Shown: positions 1 to 9,479, numbered from the stretch's first letter. The stretch is DNA of 64,000 nucleotides from Nitrososphaeria archaeon (GCA_029775925.1 JARVKB010000009.1:11283-75282); one strand, 5' to 3'. A program made the numbers and translations. The notes: a model not told the origin generated them from the letters alone.

Positions 1-1
1 A

Positions 2-559
2 ATTTTTCTTATACCTGATTGGCGTGATGAAGGGACAATATCAACCATATCCAATTTAAAAGGCATAATAAATAAAATTAGTCAAAAGATAGAAGTTCAC
101 GAACTCCCTATCCCTATAGCAAATTTTGGAGATGCAGTAAAGAGAATTTTAGATAAAATTTACGAAGAAGAAAAAGAAGGAAGAAAGCTTATCATAAATT
201 TAAGTGGCGGGATGAGAATATTAATAATAGAAGCTTTAATTGCTATTATGCTATCAGGAATCAAAGATTTACTCATCGAGGTTCAATCAGAGGATAGAAA
301 GATTACTATCGAAGTTCCATATTTTTGGGAATATACACCTAGCTTAACAGAAACACAAAAGAATATACTCAAATCTTTATTGAAAAATAATATGTCATTA
401 AGTGAAATATCAAAATATTGCAATATACCAATATCAACAGCTTATAGATTAATAATAGAACTTGAAAAACTTGGTTTAATTAAGACTGAGAAGATAGGAA
501 AAGAAAGGATTATAAGCTTAACCATGAAGGGAAAGATAATAAATAGCATAAAAAAATAA
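2..559 (+). CDS. CARF + winged-helix CRISPR-locus-related regulator (Csa3-like), 5' end cut by window edge
   Basis: The frame of the listed ORF is open back to the window edge (IFLIPDWRDEGTISTISNLKG...KLIINLSGGMRILIIEALIA). It has a Rossmann-like N-part ending in an SGGMR loop, then an HTH segment LSEISKYCNIPISTAYRLIIELEKLGLI. The architecture is recalled from Csa3/cas_HTH proteins. Confidence 0.5.
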   Translation: MFLIPDWRDEGTISTISNLKGIINKISQKIEVHELPIPIANFGDAVKRILDKIYEEEKEGRKLIINLSGGMRILIIEALIAIMLSGIKDLLIEVQSEDRKITIEVPYFWEYTPSLTETQKNILKSLLKNNMSLSEISKYCNIPISTAYRLIIELEKLGLIKTEKIGKERIISLTMKGKIINSIKK

Positions 560-564
560 TATTT

Positions 565-1095
565 TTATCTGGCAAATTTACTAGAATTATCTCCATGCAA
601 TTTATCAAGATCGATCAGGCTTCTTTTCAAATCTTTTACATCAACATCAAAAAGATGAAAGGAAAAACCTCTTTTATTAAGCTCAAAAATAAGCTCCTCA
701 AAGAAGATCCCCATACCTCCTTTTAATGGTGCAGTATAGCAAGAACAATTAGGTGAACGAGATAAACCTAAAATACCTGATAGATGGATCTTTGGATTTC
801 TACTCTTCGATATAAGCTCCTCAATCTCTGATGCTACTTTTAATGCTAGCTTTTTTGCATGCTCTCTAAAACCAACTAGAGCATTATACTCATCCTTTGT
901 TAATTCTATTCTTGGATTTCCAAGAAAAAGAATTTCAGGGCAAGGTAGTTGATATATACCTATTTTCATATCAGAAATTTTTTTAACTACTTCAAACAGC
1001 ATTCCTTTAGATAGCTCTTTTTCTTCATTCCACCATCTTGTACATTGGTTCAAAATACAGTGAGCTACAGCTACAATCTTAACATCTTTTATCAA
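565..1095 (-). CDS. DUF523/TudS-like putative [4Fe-4S] protein
   Basis: Three Cys motifs sit in the order and context recalled for DUF523 (thiouracil desulfidase family): AVAHCILNQ, LPCPEI, SRSPNCS. It overlaps the upstream PP-loop gene by 4 nt. Confidence 0.45.
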   Translation of the reverse strand: MIKDVKIVAVAHCILNQCTRWWNEEKELSKGMLFEVVKKISDMKIGIYQLPCPEILFLGNPRIELTKDEYNALVGFREHAKKLALKVASEIEELISKSRNPKIHLSGILGLSRSPNCSCYTAPLKGGMGIFFEELIFELNKRGFSFHLFDVDVKDLKRSLIDLDKLHGDNSSKFAR

Positions 1096-2024
1096 TTTAT
1101 CACACTCTTAACCAAGCTTACTCTTCTACAGTATGCACAAACTTCTGATGAGCTAGGAAAACCACAACTTTTGCATATTGTTAAATCTGGCTGCTTTAAT
1201 TTATCCTCTATCATTGGTATGAGCTTTTTAAGAAATAAGTTTAGAACTTGATAACGAAAGCCAGGTTTTCCTTCACTTAATCGTTCTAACAATTTCTTTG
1301 TCTCTCTAGACTGAGTGCCAATAGAATGTGGACAGCTTTGATTCCTAATCGGTAATTCAGAGTATAATGCATAAAGATAGTCTTCAAGCTCTGTCATCCT
1401 TAGCAATGGTTTTACTTTTTTCGTCTGTAAAGGATGATGTGGATAAAGAACTGGTTTTAACCTTACGAGCTGTGTGAAGTCTTCTGAGAAGAAGGCTGAT
1501 AGCATCGTACCAACAGTGTCATCAAGGTTATGACCTGTAGCCAAAACTTTTACACCAGCTTTTATAGCCATCTCATCAATCAAGTGCCTCTTTATTATAC
1601 CACAAGGTGAACAAATCTTTCTTCTATATATTGTATTTTTAAATCCATCAATGCTAAAACCTTGATCCTCTACTCTCTTTATTATTAGCTTAACATCAAG
1701 CCTATCAGTAAGCTCTTTTACCTTCATCTCACAATGATCTGAGTAATTTTTTATTCCAAGGTTAATGTGAATTGCAGTTATATCAAGCTTTGGAAAGATC
1801 TTTCTAAGGCAATAGAGAAGAGAGCTACTATCCTTCCCTCCAGATACAGCTATACCTAAGGATTCATCTGGCTTGAACATATCATACTTCTCTACTGTTT
1901 CCTTAACCTTTTTTTCATAGTAATCTATAAAGCAAATCTCACAAAGCCTAACTCTACCATCAGCTATGCTTAACTCTGCTTTTTCTTTCCCACACTTAGC
2001 ACACTTTAATGGCATATTAATCAC
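1092..2024 (-). CDS. PP-loop ATPase, tRNA 2-thiolation enzyme (TtuA/NcsA/TtcA family)
   Basis: SGGKDS PP-loop; N-terminal CxxC...CxxC (CAKCG...CEIC); central CSPCG; C-terminal CKSCG...CAYC zinc finger. This is the TtuA-type domain layout. Confidence 0.75.
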   Translation of the reverse strand: MINMPLKCAKCGKEKAELSIADGRVRLCEICFIDYYEKKVKETVEKYDMFKPDESLGIAVSGGKDSSSLLYCLRKIFPKLDITAIHINLGIKNYSDHCEMKVKELTDRLDVKLIIKRVEDQGFSIDGFKNTIYRRKICSPCGIIKRHLIDEMAIKAGVKVLATGHNLDDTVGTMLSAFFSEDFTQLVRLKPVLYPHHPLQTKKVKPLLRMTELEDYLYALYSELPIRNQSCPHSIGTQSRETKKLLERLSEGKPGFRYQVLNLFLKKLIPMIEDKLKQPDLTICKSCGFPSSSEVCAYCRRVSLVKSVIN

Positions 2025-2103
2025 ATTGAAAAATATAAGTAAAAAGTAAGAATTTGTGATTATTAAGCATATTTATTTTATAGTTCAATATATTGAGGAG
2101 AAG

Positions 2104-2757
2104 ATGATGGATAGACCTTACGTGATAATCAACTCAGCAATGACGATAGATGGCAAGATAGCAACGAAAAAAGGAGATTCAAAGATATCAAGTAAAGAAG
2201 ATCTTGTTAGAGTGCATAAATTAAGAGCTTCTGTAGATGCAATAATGGTTGGGATAAATACAGTTCTTATCGATGATCCTTCTTTAAAGGTAAAATATTG
2301 CCAAGGAAAGAACCCTATCAGGATAGTTGTTGATAGTAAAGCTAGAACTCCAATAACATCTAGAATATTGGATAAAGATACTCCGACTTTTATTGCTGTT
2401 ACAGAAAAAGCACCAATCGATAGAATTAATAAACTAAAAGAAGCTGGAGCGAATATCATATTTTGTGGGAAAGGAGAAGAAGTTGATTTAGTTATGCTAT
2501 TCAAGATTCTCAAAGATATGGGAATAAATAAGGTTCTTGTGGAAGGAGGAGGAAATATTAATTGGAGTGTTATAAGCCAAGGATTGTTTGATGAATTACA
2601 AGTTACCATAGGGCCCTTTATAGTTGGAGGAAAAGATGCAATAACTCTTGTTGAAGGAGATGGTTTTGAGAGAATGGATGAAGGTATTAGAGTAAGACTT
2701 CATAAAGTTGAGCAGAATAATGACGAGGTAGTATTGATTTACAAAGCAATAAGGTGA
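2104..2757 (+). CDS. 2,5-diamino-6-ribosylamino-4(3H)-pyrimidinone 5'-phosphate reductase (RibD C-terminal domain / ArfC-like)
   Basis: MMDRPYVIINSAMTIDGKIATKKGDSKISS...VDAIMVGINTVLIDDPSL...VEGGGNINWS is the typical RibD_C reductase pattern. I chose the in-frame ATG at 2104 over the track's GTG at 2056. Confidence 0.75.
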   Translation: MMDRPYVIINSAMTIDGKIATKKGDSKISSKEDLVRVHKLRASVDAIMVGINTVLIDDPSLKVKYCQGKNPIRIVVDSKARTPITSRILDKDTPTFIAVTEKAPIDRINKLKEAGANIIFCGKGEEVDLVMLFKILKDMGINKVLVEGGGNINWSVISQGLFDELQVTIGPFIVGGKDAITLVEGDGFERMDEGIRVRLHKVEQNNDEVVLIYKAIR

Positions 2758-2761
2758 AATT

Positions 2762-3502
2762 TTGAAGAATTATCTTCCCGATTTAACTTGGAAAGAAGTT
2801 GATGAGCTTAAAAAAAGGACTGATAAAGCAATTATACCAACAGGTAGCTTAGAGCAGCATGGCTATCATTTACCTTTAGCAACAGATACAATAATAGCTT
2901 TTGAAGTAGCGAAAAGAGTAGCAGAAAGATTAGATATTGTTCTGATTCCTCCAATAAGCTTTGGATTTTCTATTGAGCATATCGATTTCCCAGGAACTTT
3001 ATCTTTAGATCCTTTAACTTTAATATCTATTTTGAAGAATTTATGCTCAAGCTTGGTAAAGCATGGTTTTAGCAAGATATTCATAATCAATGCTCATGGT
3101 GGAAATAAAGCAATTATAGAGAGTGCTATTCAGCTATTAAAGGATGAGTTGAATATACCATTGTATTCATTTTCATTGCTAAGCATTGCTCAAAAATTCT
3201 TCAAAAATATAAGAGAGTATCAAGAAGGAGAAATTGGGCATGCTGATGAAATTGAGACATCTTTAATGCTTGCTATAAGCCCTGAGAAGGTTAGAATGGA
3301 TAAATGCATAGATGAAGCTCCTAAACTACCAAAGCATCTAACATTTGAATCATCAAAAAAAGAAGTTTCATTTGCATGGAAAACAAAAGAGATAAGTAAT
3401 TCTGGAGTTATTGGTGCACCTAGCAAAGCATCAGCAGAGAAAGGGAGATTGATTTTAGATTACTTAATAGATAGAATTGCTATGATTATTAGAGATTTAT
3501 AG
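2762..3502 (+). CDS. Creatininase-family amidohydrolase, candidate archaeal riboflavin/FO-pathway formamide hydrolase (ArfB-like)
   Basis: The N-terminal pattern PTGSLEQHGYHLPLATD and INAHGGN are typical of the creatinine amidohydrolase family. It lies between the ArfC-like gene and cofH. Confidence 0.6.
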   Translation: MKNYLPDLTWKEVDELKKRTDKAIIPTGSLEQHGYHLPLATDTIIAFEVAKRVAERLDIVLIPPISFGFSIEHIDFPGTLSLDPLTLISILKNLCSSLVKHGFSKIFIINAHGGNKAIIESAIQLLKDELNIPLYSFSLLSIAQKFFKNIREYQEGEIGHADEIETSLMLAISPEKVRMDKCIDEAPKLPKHLTFESSKKEVSFAWKTKEISNSGVIGAPSKASAEKGRLILDYLIDRIAMIIRDL

Positions 3503-4753
3503 CTTATTTATGCTTATAGAAGTAAGATTGCTTTTATCGAATTGAAATTTGTCTAATATATCATCACTGCTCTCATCTTTAAATATCTTCAATATATCGT
3601 ATGTAGTAGATCTTTGAGCTGGTATTCTACCTAAATCTCTGATCAACCTTCTGAAATCCTTTGGGTGTAAGAATTGTCCATAATTTGCTCCAGCAGCCCT
3701 TGATATGCTCTCATCAATTAAAGTGCCACCAAGGTCATTAGCACCAGCATTTAAGCAAAATTGTGCAAATTTTGTTCCTTCTTTTACCCAAGATACTTGT
3801 ATATTATTGATGTTATTCAGCATGATTCTAGATACTGCATGCATCTTGATGACTTCTGCTCCCGTTGCTCCTTCTCTTATTCCCTTCACCAAACCTTTTT
3901 TATACATCGGAGCTTCAGAGTGAACGAAGCTTAAAGGTACAAATTCTGTTATACCATGAGTCTCTTTCTGTATATCTCTTATTATAGATAAGTGCTTAGC
4001 TTTATGTAATGAGCTCTCAATATGACCATACATTATAGTTGAAGTTGTAGGTATACCAATTTTATGGGCAGTCTTAATTACTCTTATCCAATCCCTCGTC
4101 TTTATCCTACCAGGCGATATTATACTTCTTATTTCATCATCAAGTATTTCTGCTGATGTGCCAGGAAGGCTTCCTATACCAGCTTCCTTTAACATCTTCA
4201 AATACTCATCTATACTAGTCCCTAATCTTGATGCACCATAAACTATCTCTTCAGGAGAAAAGGCATGGATATGAATCTCAGGTAATTCTTTCTTTATTGC
4301 TTTGCAAATATCTATGTAAAGATTTCCATTCATCCTTGGCGGGAGCCCAGCCTGAATGCAAACTTCAGTTGCGCCCATATTCCAAGCTTCCTTTGCTCTA
4401 TCGACTATCTCTTTTATTGTTAGAAAATAGCCTTCCTCATCCCTATAGTCCTTACTAAAGGCACAAAATCCACACCTTTTTATGCAAATATTTGTGAAGT
4501 TTATATTTCTGTTAATAACATATGTTACAATATCTCCAACTTTTTGGCGTCTTAATTCATCAGCTGCAAGTATCAAAGTACTCATTTCAATGCCCTTAGC
4601 TTCAAAGAGTTCAACACCTTCCTCTACAGAAATCTCTTTACCATCTATAGCTTTATCAAGAATAGATGCTATTACAGGATCTATTGTGTGAATTATCTTC
4701 TCAAAAAAAGGGAGGATTCTATCAGGTTTAGGACCAATCATATTTAAACCCAA
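3497..4753 (-). CDS. cofH: FO synthase subunit 2 (CofH), radical SAM
   Basis: NINFTNICIKRCGFCAFS radical-SAM cluster motif of the CofH/MqnE clade. It overlaps the CofG-like gene by 10 nt, in the same order as in fused FbiC. Confidence 0.7.
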   Translation of the reverse strand: MGLNMIGPKPDRILPFFEKIIHTIDPVIASILDKAIDGKEISVEEGVELFEAKGIEMSTLILAADELRRQKVGDIVTYVINRNINFTNICIKRCGFCAFSKDYRDEEGYFLTIKEIVDRAKEAWNMGATEVCIQAGLPPRMNGNLYIDICKAIKKELPEIHIHAFSPEEIVYGASRLGTSIDEYLKMLKEAGIGSLPGTSAEILDDEIRSIISPGRIKTRDWIRVIKTAHKIGIPTTSTIMYGHIESSLHKAKHLSIIRDIQKETHGITEFVPLSFVHSEAPMYKKGLVKGIREGATGAEVIKMHAVSRIMLNNINNIQVSWVKEGTKFAQFCLNAGANDLGGTLIDESISRAAGANYGQFLHPKDFRRLIRDLGRIPAQRSTTYDILKIFKDESSDDILDKFQFDKSNLTSISINKL

Positions 4754-5973
4754 TCAAAAGCCTCCTTAACAAATCCAGAATCATCAACAAGGGAGATTAT
4801 ATAACTTTTAAGGGATTCTGGCAATAGATCTGATCTATTTAATATAAATTCAGGATATACAGGCAACCTAGCCTTTAACTCAAATCCATTTTGCTCTGTT
4901 ATTCTTTTGAGATGATTTATCTCAGGCCATGGTGCTTCAGGATTTATAAAGTCTTTTGTTATAGGAGAGATGCCACCCCAGTCGTTTATTCCTGCTGATA
5001 AATAAGCACTATATTCATTAATAAGGTTTGGAGGAGCTTGTATGTTCATTTTACCAAGAAATATTATTCTCGCTAAAGCTATTATTTTTGTAATTTCTTC
5101 TAAACTAGGCTCTCTATGTGATTGCATAGGAGTGTTTGGCTTTGCTCTAAAATTCTGAATTATAATTTCTTGAATATGACCATATTTCTCATTTATTTCC
5201 TTAATAGCGTAAAGAGAATCTATAATCTCATTATAAGATTCTCCTATCCCTATCAACAATCCAGTGGTGAAAGGTATCTTTAATTGACCTGCATACTCAA
5301 TTGTTGCTAATCTTAGCTTTGGTCTTTTACCTGGAGAGAACTCATGAGGACCGTTTTTATCACATAATCTATCGCTAACATTCTCAAGCATTAAACCCAT
5401 ACTTGCATTTACATCCTTTAGATCTGCTAATTCCTTTTTTGTCATTATTCCTGGATTGGAGTGAGGAAGAAGACCTGTATTCTTTATTACCAATTCACAC
5501 ATATCCCTTAAGTACTCTAAAGTGCTACTGTAACCTAATATTTTCAATTCCTGCTTAACTTCTGGATATTTGAGCTCAGGCTTCTCTCCAAGAGTAAAGA
5601 GTGCTTCTGTACAATTGGCTTTACTACCAGACTTTGCAAAAGATAAAACTTCATCAGGCTTCATAATCTTTGCATCTTTATCTTTAGGCTCCCTTCTAAA
5701 GCCACAATATCCACATTTATTTCTACAAATATTTGTTAAAGGTATGAATATCTTTCTCGAATATGTTATCCTCTTCCCTTTAAAATTATCTCGAATTATG
5801 CTTGCTACAAAGAATAATGTTTCAATATTATCAGTTTTTATAATACGATAAGCTTCTTCCTTTTTGATTTCTTTTCCTTCAAGGCTTTTGTACAATACTT
5901 CTCTAAATTCTGAATCAAGATTCTTATCTTCAAGAAGATTAAAGATGCTTTCCTTTGAGCTTATTATGCTCAT
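4744..5973 (-). CDS. cofG: FO synthase subunit 1 (CofG), radical SAM
   Basis: IFIPLTNICRNKCGYCGF motif as in CofG. It is coupled to the cofH-like gene downstream. Confidence 0.7.
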   Translation of the reverse strand: MSIISSKESIFNLLEDKNLDSEFREVLYKSLEGKEIKKEEAYRIIKTDNIETLFFVASIIRDNFKGKRITYSRKIFIPLTNICRNKCGYCGFRREPKDKDAKIMKPDEVLSFAKSGSKANCTEALFTLGEKPELKYPEVKQELKILGYSSTLEYLRDMCELVIKNTGLLPHSNPGIMTKKELADLKDVNASMGLMLENVSDRLCDKNGPHEFSPGKRPKLRLATIEYAGQLKIPFTTGLLIGIGESYNEIIDSLYAIKEINEKYGHIQEIIIQNFRAKPNTPMQSHREPSLEEITKIIALARIIFLGKMNIQAPPNLINEYSAYLSAGINDWGGISPITKDFINPEAPWPEINHLKRITEQNGFELKARLPVYPEFILNRSDLLPESLKSYIISLVDDSGFVKEAFDWV

Positions 5974-6075
5974 CTAATTGGCCTCTTTTAACGATTTGTT
6001 AAAAATAATTATCTTGTTTATTTAATTTTTCATATCAAAAGTATTTATCCATCCTTTTAATGAAGGTTAGAAAGA

Positions 6076-7602
6076 ATGGCTATAGTTAGCGTTACTATGG
6101 ACTTGGCACTTGAGGAAGGACAAACATATGCTGGAGGTTTAGGAGTATTAGAGGGAGATAAATTTTATGCATTAGGAAGGATGGGAATAGATTACATCGT
6201 CTTAACTCTTTTTTACAGAGGTGGTTATGTAGATTATATAGTGCATAAAAACGAACTTATCCCCATAGCACAAAATCAACCCATAGATTTTTTAGACAAG
6301 CTCAAGCCCTTAGAATTATTTACTATCAATTTAAAAAATGAAGAAGTTGTTGTGAGACCTTGGGAATACAAATATAGATCAGCCAGAGCGATCTTCTTTG
6401 AAGCTGTTGATCCAAAATGGGCAAGGGTTTTAACAGATAGATTATACATAGAAGATAGCTTAGAAGAAAGGTTCTATAAATGTGCCTTTTTAAGTAAAGC
6501 AGCGGCAAAGTTCATAGAGAGCAAAATAGGATTAGAGAAGATAGAATACATCGATCTTCAAGAGTCTTATTCCGCCCTCCTACCAATATTACTCCCTATG
6601 GACAATCTTTACAGATTGGTGATCCATACACCAGGACCTTGGGGGCATCCTGTATTTCCTAGAGAAATTATCGAAAAGGAAATTAGCACAAAGTTTGTAT
6701 CCCCTCAAGTCGTTCTAACTGAATTAGGATTAAGTGTAGTTCAAAAGGCTTTTGTAGTATCTGCAAAACAAGTCGATATAATTAAGAAGGTCTTCCCTCA
6801 ACATGTGATTAAAATTAAAGGGATAACAAATGGTATAGATCTTGATAGGTGGATGGATCCAGAGATAAGAAAGTTATATCTTAATGGAGCTTTGGATCTT
6901 CAATCCTTCAAAAAGATTCATGAGGAGCTTAAAAGAAGGGTCTTAAATTATTTAAAGCATTTAAAGAATATCAAAGATGAAGATAGAATATTAATATCTT
7001 GTTCGAGAAGGGTTGTTAAGTATAAGCGCCCTGAGTTCTTATCATACTTTATAGAAGAGAATGAAGATTTACCTGCAATATATATTTTGGATGGGAAAGC
7101 TCATCCCCATGATCATGAGGGAATTAAAAGGATGAGGCAGATGTACGAGCTATCAAAAAAGTACAGCAATGTCTTATTCCTTTCAATATTTGATTTAAAT
7201 ATGGCAAAGATGCTTTTAAAAGGTTCTGATCTAAACATATTCACGCCTTTTTCAGGCTGGGAAGCTTGTGGAACAAGCTATATGAAAGCTGGAGTAAACG
7301 GCGTGCCCACTTTATCATCACGGGATGGTGGAGCTTTAGAAATAATAAACGATGGTGTGAATGGCTGGTTCTTTGGAAAAGACATAAGAGAACTTGTAGA
7401 TATCTATACAGATCCAAAGGCTGAAGAAATAAACAAAGAAGATTATGCTGAATTTAAATCGAAACTCACGAGCATTATAAAGATGTATCAAGAGAATAGA
7501 GATAAATTTTATGAGGTTGGACTAGAAGCCATAAGAACATTCACGCCAAAAGTCGACATAACAAACGCTCTTAAAGAATACTATAAAGGGATAATAAAAT
7601 AG
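6076..7602 (+). CDS. Alpha-glucan phosphorylase family protein (GT35-like, short form)
   Basis: N-terminal TYAGGLGVLEGDKFYALGRMGIDYIVLTLFYRGGY resembles the glucan phosphorylase SGGLGxLAGD motif. C-terminal EACGTSYMKAGVNG resembles the PLP-lysine motif EASGTSxMK. Confidence 0.55.
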   Translation: MAIVSVTMDLALEEGQTYAGGLGVLEGDKFYALGRMGIDYIVLTLFYRGGYVDYIVHKNELIPIAQNQPIDFLDKLKPLELFTINLKNEEVVVRPWEYKYRSARAIFFEAVDPKWARVLTDRLYIEDSLEERFYKCAFLSKAAAKFIESKIGLEKIEYIDLQESYSALLPILLPMDNLYRLVIHTPGPWGHPVFPREIIEKEISTKFVSPQVVLTELGLSVVQKAFVVSAKQVDIIKKVFPQHVIKIKGITNGIDLDRWMDPEIRKLYLNGALDLQSFKKIHEELKRRVLNYLKHLKNIKDEDRILISCSRRVVKYKRPEFLSYFIEENEDLPAIYILDGKAHPHDHEGIKRMRQMYELSKKYSNVLFLSIFDLNMAKMLLKGSDLNIFTPFSGWEACGTSYMKAGVNGVPTLSSRDGGALEIINDGVNGWFFGKDIRELVDIYTDPKAEEINKEDYAEFKSKLTSIIKMYQENRDKFYEVGLEAIRTFTPKVDITNALKEYYKGIIK

Positions 7603-7616
7603 TCGCTTTTTATTAA

Positions 7617-8177
7617 TTAATATCTGCCAGACCATCTCTTGAATAAATTATGCTCTATATTAAGGCTATCAAGAATCTTTCCTACTATAAAGTCTACTAA
7701 ATCATCTATCTTTTTTGGATGATGGTAAAAAGCAGGCATGGCAGGAAGAATTACAACTCCTATTCTCGATAGTTTTAACATGTTTTCAAGCTGAATGGCA
7801 CTAACAGGGGTCTCCCTTGGGACAAGAATTAATTTTCTTCCCTGCTTTATCATTACTTCTGCAGCCCTTAGGATCAGATTTTCTGAGTATCCATTAGCAA
7901 TCCCTGCCAGAGTTTTAGCACTACATGGGACTATTACCATACCATCTGTAATGAAAGAGCCGCTTGACAATGGTGATGATAGATCATTGATTTGATAAAC
8001 ATGATTCGCTAATCTCTCTATATCTTCTTTTTTTAATGAAAGCTCGTTTTCAATTATTTCTTTTGCTTCTTCACTTACTATCAAATAAGTATCAATGCTT
8101 TTATCTAAGAGGACTTCAAGAAGACGTTTGCCATATATTACGCCACTCGCTCCCGTTATAGCAACAATTATCTTCAT
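7617..8177 (-). CDS. ubiX: Flavin prenyltransferase UbiX
   Basis: MKIIVAITGASGVIYGKRLLEVL ... VPCSAKTLAGIANG ... is the typical UbiX/Pad1 flavoprotein pattern. Confidence 0.85.
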   Translation of the reverse strand: MKIIVAITGASGVIYGKRLLEVLLDKSIDTYLIVSEEAKEIIENELSLKKEDIERLANHVYQINDLSSPLSSGSFITDGMVIVPCSAKTLAGIANGYSENLILRAAEVMIKQGRKLILVPRETPVSAIQLENMLKLSRIGVVILPAMPAFYHHPKKIDDLVDFIVGKILDSLNIEHNLFKRWSGRY

Positions 8178-8206
8178 GTTTATTCACAACAACTCAATTG
8201 ATTATT

Positions 8207-8893
8207 TTAAGGAATTATCTTCTCTATAGTACCATCTTTATGACCTTTATAGATCAAATTAATTCTCTCTGTGAAGATTCCTGTCTCGATAACTCCAGGT
8301 ATATCTTTTATCTTAACTGATATTAAAGGAGGGTTTTCGATAATCCCAAAGTCTGTATCAAGAATTATATTTCCGTTCTCAGTAAAAAAAGGATAACCTT
8401 TTTCCATTACTCTTAGCTCAGGCTTTCCACCGATCTTCTCTAACTCTTTCGATATAAAATCTCGAGCAAAAGGGAGAACTTCGATAGGTACTTTTCTGTT
8501 TAAATTTTCTACAAATTTATCTTCATTGGCTAAGATTACAACCTTTTTTGATGCTCTCATTAAAATCTTTTCTCTTAAAAGGGCGCCCCCTCCTCCTTTT
8601 ATCATATTGAATCTTTTATCTATCTGATCTAAACCATCGACTACCAAATCGATAAAAGGTATTAGATTTGATGGTGCAATTTTTAGTCCTGCTCTTTCTG
8701 CAAAGATCTGTATTTGTAATGAAGAAGGTATTACTGAGACTTTGATTTGATTTTCATCTATGAAATTTTTTAAAGCATTGACAAACCTCGATACTGTGAA
8801 ACCACTCCCTAAACCAATTATCATATTATCCTTTACATTTTCAAGGGCTTCATTAGCCATCTTATCAATAATTTCAGCTTTTAATTTTACCAC
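8207..8893 (-). CDS. rpiA: Ribose-5-phosphate isomerase A
   Basis: IGLGSGFTVSRFV, DLVVDGLDQID and KGGGGALLREK are RpiA motifs. Confidence 0.85.
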   Translation of the reverse strand: MVKLKAEIIDKMANEALENVKDNMIIGLGSGFTVSRFVNALKNFIDENQIKVSVIPSSLQIQIFAERAGLKIAPSNLIPFIDLVVDGLDQIDKRFNMIKGGGGALLREKILMRASKKVVILANEDKFVENLNRKVPIEVLPFARDFISKELEKIGGKPELRVMEKGYPFFTENGNIILDTDFGIIENPPLISVKIKDIPGVIETGIFTERINLIYKGHKDGTIEKIIP

Positions 8894-8926
8894 CCCTTTA
8901 TGATTTAAATCATCTCAATTTATAAC

Positions 8927-9448
8927 CTACCAATGTTCAAAGTGTAAAATCTCTTCAAGGGGTTTTCTATCTCTAACTTCTTCTTTTACTTCATCAGGAT
9001 AGCCCAATGGAGTCATGGCAACTACACGTATATTTTGAGGGATACCTAAGACATCTTTTACAATTTTCTCGTTAAAATTTGCTATCCAGCAAGTCCCTAA
9101 ACCTTCTTCAATTGCACAAAGGATCATGTTCTGTAATGCGATGGCTACATCAACCTTCCAATACTCTTCTCCATCTCCTCTTACCCATGCCTTACCAGGG
9201 TCTGCACATGCAACTATTATTACTGGTGCATTGATAAACCAGTCTCTTGGATAAGATTCTCCAAGTTTCCTCTTTATTTCAGGGTTTTTCACTATGATGA
9301 AATGCCATGGCTGACTGTTTGTGGCTGAGGGTGCAAGACGACCAGCTTCAATTACCCTCATAAGCTTTTCCTTTTCAACTTCCTTTGGTTTATATCTCCT
9401 TATACTTCTCCTTAATTTTATTGCATCAAACACATTCAATAAAAGCAC
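8927..9448 (-). CDS. Nitroreductase-family flavoprotein
   Basis: RRSIRRYKPKEVEKEKL...APSATNSQPWHFIIV is a nitroreductase-fold signature. Confidence 0.75.
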   Translation of the reverse strand: MLLLNVFDAIKLRRSIRRYKPKEVEKEKLMRVIEAGRLAPSATNSQPWHFIIVKNPEIKRKLGESYPRDWFINAPVIIVACADPGKAWVRGDGEEYWKVDVAIALQNMILCAIEEGLGTCWIANFNEKIVKDVLGIPQNIRVVAMTPLGYPDEVKEEVRDRKPLEEILHFEHW

Positions 9449-9479
9449 CTAGATTAAATTAAAAGATTAATTTAATAAT

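Noticed and set aside
2118-2609. 163-aa antisense ORF inside the ArfC-like gene. The same class includes 2866..3090, 3220..3426, 3705..3923, 4228..4691, 5570..5851, 6326..6508 and 7795..7995.
   Set aside because: Each lies fully within, and opposite to, a gene with clear family motifs. Their composition is low-complexity (S/L/I/F-rich), as expected from reading AT-rich coding DNA backwards.
3497-5973. Annotating the radical SAM pair as MqnE/MqnC (futalosine menaquinone pathway).
   Set aside because: The upstream protein has the CofG-type FIPLTN.C...CGYCGF motif. The gene order matches fused FbiC. The adjacent ArfB/ArfC-like genes supply the FO synthase substrate.
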